Shown here: positions 17,016 through 25,088 of the stretch, piece by piece
How the letters are laid out: every line of letters starts with the position of its first letter
Numbering within the stretch: the first letter of the stretch is position 1
From: Candidatus Saccharimonadota bacterium
GTDB taxonomy: Bacteria > Patescibacteriota > Saccharimonadia > Saccharimonadales > Saccharimonadaceae
Length of the DNA stretch: 32,000 bases
Assembly (NCBI GenBank): GCA_002421785.1
Contig: DIRZ01000003.1
Span: 370,700 to 402,699, forward strand
Reading direction: 5' to 3'
The notes under the pieces: model-generated
The model's database searches: none
What the model was told of the DNA's origin: nothing
The model's input: the letters and a program-made list of their open reading frames with translations, nothing else
Made by a program: the position numbers and the translations under genes

Positions 17016-18032
17016 CTAATCGGGGTGCTTATAGGTTTTGCCGAGGTGCTTGTAGGCTTTTGCCGTTACCCGCCTTCCACGAGGTGTTCGTTCAATAAAT
17101 CCGATTTGCATCAAATATGGCTCGTAAAAGTCTTCAATGGTAGTCGCCTCGTCACCCGTCAGCGCAGCAATCGTCGTCAAGCCTACGGGATTGGTCCCAT
17201 AGTTTTCGATGATACTCTCAAGCAAACGCCTGTCTGCCGGGTCAAGACCAAGCTCATCAATTTCAAGCATCGAAAGTGCCTTTTCGGCAGTCACTGTATC
17301 GATAATGCCATCACCGTTGACATCAGCATAGTCCCTCACCCGCTTAAGAAGCCTATTGGCGATACGTGGTGTTAAACGGGCACGAGTTGAAAGCATGTCT
17401 GCAGAGGAGTCATCCATCTTGCTATCCAGAATTGCTGCACTGCGGGTGATGATACGAGCAATTTCCTCTGGCGTGTAGAACTCGAGCCTATGAATATGCC
17501 CAAAACGATCACGCAGTGGTGCCGCTAGCGCTCCCGTACGCGTGGTCGCGCCGATCACTGTAAACTTCGGTAAATCAAGGCGCACACTCCGAGCAGCGGG
17601 GCCTTTACCAATCACGATGTCGAGCTTGAAATCTTCCATAGCGCTATATAGGACTTCTTCGACCGTTCTGCTCAAACGATGGATTTCATCGATAAATAAG
17701 ATGTCGCCATCTGCTAAATTTGTCAGGATACTCGCCAGGTCGCCCGCCCGTTCAATAGCCGGCCCAGCCGTGACACGGATACTCTGACCCATCTCGTTTG
17801 CAATAACCGTTGCCATCGTCGTTTTCCCTAGTCCGGGAGGACCGTACAACAATACGTGATCAATCGGCTCACCGCGTTTTTTTGCGGCATCGATACTCAG
17901 CTTAAGGTTTTTCTTCAACCGCTCCTGGCCCACATAATCATCAAAGCTCTGCGGACGCAGGGTTACTTCTATAACCTGCTCGTCCGCGTCGTCATGATGA
18001 TGACTCGTGTCAATAATTCTTTCAATTGCCAC
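17016..18032 (-). CDS. ruvB: Holliday junction helicase RuvB
   Basis: [21 protein letters not shown] and RTPRGR. The track start at 18068 is TTG. I prefer GTG 18032 ([10 protein letters not shown]...), which has GAGG 6 nt upstream and matches the N-terminal length of E. coli RuvB. Confidence 0.93.
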   Translation of the reverse strand: MAIERIIDTSHHHDDADEQVIEVTLRPQSFDDYVGQERLKKNLKLSIDAAKKRGEPIDHVLLYGPPGLGKTTMATVIANEMGQSIRVTAGPAIERAGDLASILTNLADGDILFIDEIHRLSRTVEEVLYSAMEDFKLDIVIGKGPAARSVRLDLPKFTVIGATTRTGALAAPLRDRFGHIHRLEFYTPEEIARIITRSAAILDSKMDDSSADMLSTRARLTPRIANRLLKRVRDYADVNGDGIIDTVTAEKALSMLEIDELGLDPADRRLLESIIENYGTNPVGLTTIAALTGDEATTIEDFYEPYLMQIGFIERTPRGRRVTAKAYKHLGKTYKHPD

Positions 18033-18489
18033 GTAAATCCTCTCGTATTTTGCCCGCAATTTCTGCAAACAATTCCTGGCTAACTGGTCGCTTCACACCC
18101 TCCAGGTGCCTTGGCCATTTCTCGTCAGGGAACTCGACGCCTCCAAATGAAGTGCCTCCGAGATACCTTGGATAAAGATGCCAGTGCACGTGAGTGGGCT
18201 GGTTTGCCATTACGGCATTGTTCATTAAACACTCCCAGTTTGCCACACTTGCACCAAACGCGCGCTTTATCGCACCTTCAAGCGAAGCCATGACAATATG
18301 CAGCTCGACCCAATCCACCGAGTCAAGGTCAGAAATAGTTTCCTTGTGCTCTCGAAGCGTCACATAAGATTTACCTAAGTAGCTTTGATTAGGGTCAAGC
18401 ACTGACACCCACCTGTCGGTCTGCATCAATACGTTTTCATCGTCAATCGACTGACCGACAAGGTAGGGGCAGATTTCACAGTCTTTCAC
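18022..18489 (-). CDS. HIT family (histidine triad) nucleotide hydrolase/transferase
   Basis: Histidine triad [11 protein letters not shown] and N-terminal CEIC. GTG start overlaps the ruvA stop (GTGA). Confidence 0.8.
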   Translation of the reverse strand: MKDCEICPYLVGQSIDDENVLMQTDRWVSVLDPNQSYLGKSYVTLREHKETISDLDSVDWVELHIVMASLEGAIKRAFGASVANWECLMNNAVMANQPTHVHWHLYPRYLGGTSFGGVEFPDEKWPRHLEGVKRPVSQELFAEIAGKIREDLRGN

Positions 18490-19058
18490 CCTCGGAGAGC
18501 CTCTCGTACGCGTTCGCTTGTCGAAAGCTCAGGGCTTATTCCTTCTAGGGCTTTAGTGGCGTCAGTGAGACCATAGCCAAGTGCAATCAGCGCTTCAAGC
18601 GCTTCGTCGGTCATGTTCAAATCGGTTTGTGCGGGGCTGCTGTGTTTGTATACTATCGGCAGCCCAACTTTATCACTCAAGTCAACGACAACGCGCTCGG
18701 CTGTCTTTTTGCCAACACCAGAAGCTTTCGCCAGGTAGGCGCTATCCGCGTTTGCAATCGCGTTGCGAACATTCTCGGCCACATCCAAACTGAGGATAGA
18801 AAGCGCCGCCTTAGGGCCCACTCCTTGTACCGTAATAAGCATTTCAAATAATTTTTTTGCCGCAAGCGTGCTAAATCCAAACAGCTCCTGGGACTGCTCG
18901 CGAATATGGTGGTATGTATAAAACTTTACATCGTCACCATATTTCACCGCATCATAGTCATTGGCTGCCACATTTATCTCATACCCCACGCCCTTGACGT
19001 CAACAATAATCGCTCCCCCGAACTTTTCAGCCACATTCCCAAATATATGCGCAATCAT
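18486..19058 (-). CDS. ruvA: Holliday junction DNA-binding protein RuvA
   Basis: MIAHIFGNV...VDVKGVGYEI OB domain and HhH motifs (LITVQGVGPKAALSIL, ASGVGKKTAERVV). Start set to ATG 19058. The track extension to 19175 overlaps the PBP gene. Confidence 0.9.
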   Translation of the reverse strand: MIAHIFGNVAEKFGGAIIVDVKGVGYEINVAANDYDAVKYGDDVKFYTYHHIREQSQELFGFSTLAAKKLFEMLITVQGVGPKAALSILSLDVAENVRNAIANADSAYLAKASGVGKKTAERVVVDLSDKVGLPIVYKHSSPAQTDLNMTDEALEALIALGYGLTDATKALEGISPELSTSERVREALRG

Positions 19059-19075
19059 ATATCTATTATGACACG

Positions 19076-21448
19076 CTACGGTGTTTTGGTACAGTTCGTC
19101 GTGTTGTTTGTATAGCGAGTACCGTCGAGTTGCGACTGAGGGATAGTCACCACGGTGCCCGTTGTTGTATCGCAAGCTTGGATTTTATTACTGTCTTCCT
19201 TTTCGCAATCCGCTAAGTTCTTCGAGTGCTTCGTATCATCAAACTCATCTTCATCAATCATGATGATTTTATCGTTCGACACATCACACACTTGAATCTG
19301 CTTTGTCTTACAGTCGTCTAAGTTTTTCGACTGCGCCTCGCTGTCGAATTTTTTTTCATCAATGCTAAGCACCTGTTTGGTGTCGAGCTGACATACAGCA
19401 ATCATGGTAGGTTCAGGCTCGCACGAAATTGTTGGCAAGGCGCCCGCCATAAAGTACTCGCTATAGGTGCCTTTGCCCGCGCTACTCGCCAACCCGCCAT
19501 TACTGGTACACACTTCACGCTGCACGACGCCGCTAGGAATAGGAAACTTCTTATCAGCCTGACCCATGAGCAGCTGCTGCATCGTCTGTCGCCACACCGG
19601 GCCTGCCATTCCCGATCCACCGTTCGCCATAGCGGCATTGTCGTTATTGCCCACCCACACACCCACAACATAATCGGGATTATAGCCGATAGTCCACGCG
19701 TCGCGGTTGTCGTTTGTCGTGCCGGTCTTGACTGCCGCCGTGTGTCCGCCCACGGTGAGCGAAGATCCAAAAATCGACGAACGCGTTTGATTATCTGACA
19801 ATATACTTGAGATTAAGTATGCACCTTGTTTGTTAATTGCTTGTCGACTGGTTGCAGAATTTGAAATCACTTTTTTGCCAAACTTATCGTTTACCTGTTT
19901 CACAACCAGGTTAGTATGCTGCTGCCCCTCGTCAGCAAATGCAGCATAGGCGTTTGCCATAGCCAGTAGCGACACTTCTTCCGAACCAAGTGCGAGTGTC
20001 AGGTCGTGGTCGCGCCCCGTGTCGAGAGCGATGCCCAAACTTTTTGCACCTGCAACCGATTTATCAATACTGTACGCCTGCATCACTTTGATGCTTGGGA
20101 TATTCAGCGACCATCCAAGCGCTTCGCGCACTGTCACGTCGCCATACCACTGTTTCGATGCGTTCTGCGGGGTATATCCGCCACCGAAGTCCGTCTTCTC
20201 ATCCTTGTAGATTGTTGCTGGGGTGATGACGCCGTCAGCTAGCGCATGCGCATAATAAATCGGCTTGAAGCTACTGCCTGGCTGACGTTTTGTCGTCACC
20301 ATATTTACCTTGCCCCAGGTTTCATTATTGTAATCAGCGCTTCCGACAAGTGCCCGAATCTCTCCTGTATTCGGGTCGAGCACGACACCACTAATATTGG
20401 AACCTCCGTTACGGTTCACGTAGGTAATTTGCTTATCAACATTGGCGTTTAAAATATTCTGAGCGTTCGTATCGAGTGTCGTTGTAACCTGGAAGCCAGA
20501 GCGCATGACGGTTTCATAACCATATTTTTCACTCAGCTCTGCGATCACCATTTCGACAAAATGCGGTGCGATAGACTTTTGACTCTGAGCCCCTTCGCCG
20601 TACGTAAGCTCCTGAGCGAGAGCTGCAGCTTTTTCATCTTCAGAAATATAGCCATTATTCACCATTCGGGTCAGCACCGTTCCTTGGCGCTCCTTGGCAT
20701 ACTCCATCGTTCCGCTAATCGGTGAGTACGCGGTTGGGGCAGGCAACACGCCAATCAGCATCGACGACTCCGCGAGGTTCAGTTCTTTGGGTGATTTATT
20801 GAAGTAAACGCGCGCCGCGTCCTCTATTCCAAAAGCATTCTCACCATAATAGACGGAGTTTAAGTACATAGCCAGAATCTCGTCTTTACTATAATTCTGC
20901 TCAATAGCTATCGATACAGCGAGCTCCTGGTATTTCCGCAAAAAACTACGCTGGTCGCTTAATACGGTGTTTTTGGCAAGCTGCTGGGTAATAGTAGAGC
21001 CGCCGCCAACGCGCGTGAAGAAGGCTCGGAAGATGCTAAGAACACTAAACCCTCCGTGCTTGTAAAAGTCCTTATCCTCGCTCGCAATCAATGCTTCCTT
21101 TAGCTCAGGTGACATCTCCGTCAGGGGCACCATCTCGCGATGCTCCGCACGCCCGAGTGTGTAAAAGGCATTTCCATCCTTGTCTTTCAGCACAATACCC
21201 GTATTATTTCGGTTCATCAGTCGCTCTTGGTCAGAGATATCGCGCGCATATACCAGGTACGTAATAATAGGGGTCAAAATAAGGAATGCGAGGATAGGCG
21301 TTGCAACTACGAGCAGCTTTTTACGCCAGTTTAGCCGGCCAAACCATGCAAAACGACCAGTACGAGTTAGTACCTTCCGCTTGGCAGGCTTGGTACCAGC
21401 CAGATTAGTGTAACGATTGAGCCGAACGGGTTGTTTGTGCTTTGTCAT
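19076..21448 (-). CDS. class A penicillin-binding protein (glycosyltransferase + transpeptidase) with C-terminal triple repeat
   Basis: GT51 motifs EDKDFYKHGG and GGSTITQQLAKN. Transpeptidase motifs SSFKP (SxxK), SLN (SxN) and KTGTT (KTG). N-terminal TM anchor. Confidence 0.95.
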   Translation of the reverse strand: MTKHKQPVRLNRYTNLAGTKPAKRKVLTRTGRFAWFGRLNWRKKLLVVATPILAFLILTPIITYLVYARDISDQERLMNRNNTGIVLKDKDGNAFYTLGRAEHREMVPLTEMSPELKEALIASEDKDFYKHGGFSVLSIFRAFFTRVGGGSTITQQLAKNTVLSDQRSFLRKYQELAVSIAIEQNYSKDEILAMYLNSVYYGENAFGIEDAARVYFNKSPKELNLAESSMLIGVLPAPTAYSPISGTMEYAKERQGTVLTRMVNNGYISEDEKAAALAQELTYGEGAQSQKSIAPHFVEMVIAELSEKYGYETVMRSGFQVTTTLDTNAQNILNANVDKQITYVNRNGGSNISGVVLDPNTGEIRALVGSADYNNETWGKVNMVTTKRQPGSSFKPIYYAHALADGVITPATIYKDEKTDFGGGYTPQNASKQWYGDVTVREALGWSLNIPSIKVMQAYSIDKSVAGAKSLGIALDTGRDHDLTLALGSEEVSLLAMANAYAAFADEGQQHTNLVVKQVNDKFGKKVISNSATSRQAINKQGAYLISSILSDNQTRSSIFGSSLTVGGHTAAVKTGTTNDNRDAWTIGYNPDYVVGVWVGNNDNAAMANGGSGMAGPVWRQTMQQLLMGQADKKFPIPSGVVQREVCTSNGGLASSAGKGTYSEYFMAGALPTISCEPEPTMIAVCQLDTKQVLSIDEKKFDSEAQSKNLDDCKTKQIQVCDVSNDKIIMIDEDEFDDTKHSKNLADCEKEDSNKIQACDTTTGTVVTIPQSQLDGTRYTNNTTNCTKTP

Positions 21449-21464
21449 ACAACCCCATTATACC

Positions 21465-21941
21465 TTATTGGCCCCGGAGCGTTAGTGCACACATAATTGC
21501 AGCCGCAAGCGCATCAGCACAGTCGTCTGGCTTAGGCACATCCGTTAGGCCCAGGTGCATTCGCACCATTTCCTGCATCTGTTTCTTATCTGCACGTCCA
21601 TATCCAGTCATCGTTTGCTTAATCTGCAGGGGAGTATACTCCTCAATACGGAGCCCCGCTTGCTGTCCAGTGAGCATCGCCACACCACGCGCATGTGAAA
21701 CGCTCATAGCGGTCGTAACATTCTGGTTAAAAAAGAGCTTTTCGATTGCCATAACAGTAGGAGATGTCTCAGCGATAATTTCGGTCAGTCCGTCGTAGAT
21801 ATCCACCAAGCGATCGGGCAGGGGAGTGTGTGGGGGTGTCCGAATAACGCCAGCTGTCACAAGCTTCGTCTTCCCTTTTGTTATATCGATGACGCCAAAT
21901 CCCAGAATCCCTGTGCCAGGATCAATACCGATTATTCTCAT
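21465..21941 (-). CDS. ruvC: Holliday junction resolvase RuvC
   Basis: MRIIGIDPGTGILGFGVI, MAIEKLFF and DDCADALAAAI. Start set to ATG 21941 with AGGGGA upstream. Confidence 0.9.
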   Translation of the reverse strand: MRIIGIDPGTGILGFGVIDITKGKTKLVTAGVIRTPPHTPLPDRLVDIYDGLTEIIAETSPTVMAIEKLFFNQNVTTAMSVSHARGVAMLTGQQAGLRIEEYTPLQIKQTMTGYGRADKKQMQEMVRMHLGLTDVPKPDDCADALAAAIMCALTLRGQ

Positions 21942-22578
21942 CGATTCCCCTTCCCGCCTGCAAAAAAGCGATGTTTGTTTCAAGCCGAGCCACCCATACT
22001 TCTAAATCTTCTGCCGTAAGTATGCGCGCCAAGTCCGACTGCGCTTCCTGCAGCAATTGTTCGGCGAACGCCGTAGTCCGCGCTACAGTCTCGTTCCAGC
22101 TCGGCGCACCCCATTCCTCGCGCATTTTACCTAAACTATCCAAAAATACCTCGTAGCCCGGCGCTGCCATATAACCAATGTCAGCAAAATGCAGTGCAAT
22201 CCCTTGGTTGCTTAACTTCGGGTGGTTACTGACTGTCGTATCGATAATTGATGCCGCAACGATCCCCAGCTCTTCCCCGGAAAGCTCGGGCATTGCCGAA
22301 TGCGCAAGCGCAGCGGACCGGTATTCTTTGGTGGGAAATCCCTCGAGCGGTACATGATAGCCCGCGTCATGCCAGGCAGCTGCAACCAAAAGCAGCGACC
22401 GATTCACTTGGCTACCTAGCTTCCGCCTCGACTTGCACGCAAGGTCATCAGCGTGCCAGTAAACGTCAACCGCATGCCCCCAGTTATGGTACGGTAAGGC
22501 TTCAGGACCAGGCATTTGATAGTATTGCTGTGCGCGACCAACATATTCTTCCACCTGTTCCCGTGGTAATTCACTCAT
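21922..22578 (-). CDS. HD-domain metal-dependent phosphohydrolase-like protein
   Basis: H...HD pattern: YHNWGHAVDV, then about 35 aa later LLVAAAWHDAGY. No closer family assignment is possible by eye. Confidence 0.5.
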   Translation of the reverse strand: MSELPREQVEEYVGRAQQYYQMPGPEALPYHNWGHAVDVYWHADDLACKSRRKLGSQVNRSLLLVAAAWHDAGYHVPLEGFPTKEYRSAALAHSAMPELSGEELGIVAASIIDTTVSNHPKLSNQGIALHFADIGYMAAPGYEVFLDSLGKMREEWGAPSWNETVARTTAFAEQLLQEAQSDLARILTAEDLEVWVARLETNIAFLQAGRGIDENNRY

Positions 22579-22592
22579 ACTTTCAGTATACC

Positions 22593-22860
22593 CTATGCTT
22601 TGCGGCGTACTATGCGCGTAGCCAGCTCAGAAATTTCGCGTCGCCATTCCCACACCGCATAGGCGCTGGCCGCGGTCAGGATTCCCGCAATCGCCCACCA
22701 CATTCCCGCTGACTGTGCCGTCTGCTTCATTGGCTCAACGGGATACGCGGCCAAAGGCACATCGCTCAGCGGTATTTTTCGACATCGATTAGTGCTCGGG
22801 TTGCGCTCATAGCCTTCATCGCATGGCAGTAACTCTGCAACCGCACTCGCAATACTGCGG
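22593..22860 (-). other. out-of-frame 3' continuation of the LTD gene (fourth repeat + TM anchor)
   Basis: Shifting one nt at the CCC run (minus strand, 22861..22859) reads RSIASAVAELLPCDEGYERNPSTNRCRKIPLSDVPLAAYPVEPMKQTAQSAGMWWAIAGILTAASAYAVWEWRREISELATRIVRRKA, then a stop at 22595..22593. Confidence 0.65.
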
Positions 22861-24195
22861 GCAACGATTTGTCAACGGATTGCGCTCCTGGCCCTCTCCG
22901 CAGGGAACCAGCGATGCGCTCACCGATGAAGGAGCCACGACAGATCGACAACGGTTCGTTGCAGGATTACGCGACTGACCTTCGGGACAACTCGCGAGCT
23001 CATTTACCGCTTCTTCGATAGCACGACAGCGGTTCGTTTCGGGGCTACGGTACTTGCCCGCCGGGCACTCCACTATCCCAGAACTATCGGCTGGCACGCT
23101 CACGATAACAGGAAATTCATTTGCACCTAGCGGGTTAGGCAGCGACGTCCACACCCACTCGCCTGCCGCGTTTAGTGCATAACCAAATTGCTGCTTTGTA
23201 GTACCGGCACTTTCATAAGAGCGCAGAGTATTTTGATACACTTTCATACCCCAAGCGTCTTCAAGCCATACGTAGCCACCACTATTTGTTAGGCTTAATC
23301 CCGCACCGTCATCAGTTAGGTGAACCGTTAAATATGCTTGTGGGGCAAGCGAGCCGTAGGTATCAAGCATAATAGTATTCGCGGTTGTTCGGTTCGTTGA
23401 TGAGCTATCCGTACGGAGCGCATACGCAGTCAAATCAATCGTCTCGCTCGTCCCGTTATGGAGCTTTACGTAGTCATGACAGTAAATGTCAGTATCGAAC
23501 GGATCGCAATTTTTTGCATAGGGATAGATTTCGACGACCTCCAAGCCTGGAGCGTCGGGAACTACATACAGACCATGGTCATAGAGCTGCGTTGCTGGCG
23601 CCGGTGCGAAGTTCGTTAGCGTCGACGAGTAGCCATCAGTAATCGGCACACGCCTCATCGGTTCGTCATACGCGCCACTCGGACTCTTCAAAACATATTC
23701 ATTTGTACTCATCGTCTGGGACGCAGGGACTGTTGTGAGCGAATACAGCTTGTCGTTAGGTTTCATTCCCGACCAGGTTGCCATCTCAAAAGAAGCATTG
23801 CTGACACCACGCCCAGCGTCGACGACCACATGCGAACCCGGTGTGATGTACCCAGGAACTCCGCCGCCGCGCTGCGCAATTACCATCGTTACGACGCCAC
23901 TTGTGATTAACTTTTTATCAGCGCCCAATGTTCCAAACGTACCCCGTATCGTCCAGCCGTCAAGAAGAATCGGCGAATCGCCCCTGTTATACAGCTCGAC
24001 GAGCTGAATATCGCGACCAGCATCATCCCACTGATACGCCGAGATTTCGAGCGCCGAGGAATCAAGCCAATACGTCGTAGGTGCGGGTTCGGCAACAACA
24101 GTCGTCGCATACATTCTGGGCGTAGGCATATACGCCATCACTAGGATCGTACATAACGTCATCAAAAATAATCGTCGTCTCGGCGTTGCGCTCAC
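22816..24195 (-). CDS. secreted lamin-tail-domain (LTD) protein with C-terminal CxxGxxRNPxTNRCR repeats (frame ends prematurely)
   Basis: Two LTD-like segments (IQLVELYNRGDSPILLDGWTI and LEVVEIYPY...YVKLHNGTSETIDLTAYAL). Three CP(A/E)G..R.P.TNRCR repeats. Preferred start is GTG 24195 (GAGGGG 6 nt upstream), giving the signal-peptide-like SATPRRRLFLMTLCTILVMAYMPTPRMYA. The track start is ATG 24267. Confidence 0.7.
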   Translation of the reverse strand: MSATPRRRLFLMTLCTILVMAYMPTPRMYATTVVAEPAPTTYWLDSSALEISAYQWDDAGRDIQLVELYNRGDSPILLDGWTIRGTFGTLGADKKLITSGVVTMVIAQRGGGVPGYITPGSHVVVDAGRGVSNASFEMATWSGMKPNDKLYSLTTVPASQTMSTNEYVLKSPSGAYDEPMRRVPITDGYSSTLTNFAPAPATQLYDHGLYVVPDAPGLEVVEIYPYAKNCDPFDTDIYCHDYVKLHNGTSETIDLTAYALRTDSSSTNRTTANTIMLDTYGSLAPQAYLTVHLTDDGAGLSLTNSGGYVWLEDAWGMKVYQNTLRSYESAGTTKQQFGYALNAAGEWVWTSLPNPLGANEFPVIVSVPADSSGIVECPAGKYRSPETNRCRAIEEAVNELASCPEGQSRNPATNRCRSVVAPSSVSASLVPCGEGQERNPLTNRCPQYCECGCRVTAMR

Positions 24196-24301
24196 ATAAA
24201 TCCCCTCATGTATTGGTTGCTGCACTAGGTATACAGTGATGCGTGGTACCACGTCAAACATGAGCATGACAAAAACGTCAATTTTACATCAACAGTAGGA
24301 A

Positions 24302-25027
24302 TTAGTCACCAAGTTCGACGGTAATGTCGGCGTTTGTGTGCACCGCCACAACATCATCAAGATCGTCAATCGCGTCCATAATTTTTAACACTTTACGTGC
24401 CGTTTCTGCGTTATCAATTGGCACCATTGCGTTGGGCACGTACTGCAACTCTGCGTCCTCAACTGTCAAACCAGAGTCAACCAGTGCTGTGCGGACTTTA
24501 GCAAGATCTTTCATTTCTGTGTACACGACGATTTCACCGTCTTCTTCTACTGCGTCTTCGGCGCCCGCATCAAGAATCGAAAGCAAGGCATCTTCGCCGC
24601 TTGCTGCAACACGAATCACGCCTTTACGAGTAAACTGGAACATCACACTACCAGCATCCGCCATCGTACCGCCGTTTTTCGTCAATGCAGTGCGGACTTC
24701 AGGGTACGTGCGGTTTTTGTTGTCGGTCGCTGTTTCCACGATAATACCCACGCCGCCAGGACCATAACCCTCGTACGTCGCTTCCTCGAGTGCCGCGGCG
24801 CCCTTGTCGGCCACGCGGTCGATTGCGCGTTGGATGTTGGCCACTGGCATATTGGCCGCCTTAGCCTTTTCGATGGCAAGCGCCAACGAAGAGTTCATTG
24901 TCGGATCAATTCCACCGCGAGCCGCAACGGCTATTTGATTACCGATTTTAGTGAAGACTGCACCACGTTTCGCGTCGTTCGCGCCCTTATCTCGTTTGAT
25001 TTTACTCCATTTGCTGTGTCCAGACAT
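24302..25027 (-). CDS. yebC: YebC/PmpR family DNA-binding transcriptional regulator
   Basis: MSGHSKWSKIKRDKGANDAKRGAVFTKIGNQIAVAAR... is the canonical YebC N-terminus. Full length, 241 aa. Confidence 0.95.
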   Translation of the reverse strand: MSGHSKWSKIKRDKGANDAKRGAVFTKIGNQIAVAARGGIDPTMNSSLALAIEKAKAANMPVANIQRAIDRVADKGAAALEEATYEGYGPGGVGIIVETATDNKNRTYPEVRTALTKNGGTMADAGSVMFQFTRKGVIRVAASGEDALLSILDAGAEDAVEEDGEIVVYTEMKDLAKVRTALVDSGLTVEDAELQYVPNAMVPIDNAETARKVLKIMDAIDDLDDVVAVHTNADITVELGD

Positions 25028-25067
25028 GACAATACTCCAGTAGTTATTAGTGGTATCCGTTTCCCAT

Positions 25068-25076
25068 AGTATACCA
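25068..25076 (-). promoter_or_regulatory. extended -10 promoter (TGgTATACT) for yebC, with conventional leader
   Basis: Minus-strand TGGTATACT lies 40 nt upstream of ATG 25027. GGAG lies 7 nt upstream of the start. Confidence 0.4.
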
Positions 25077-25088
25077 TGGTGACATCTG

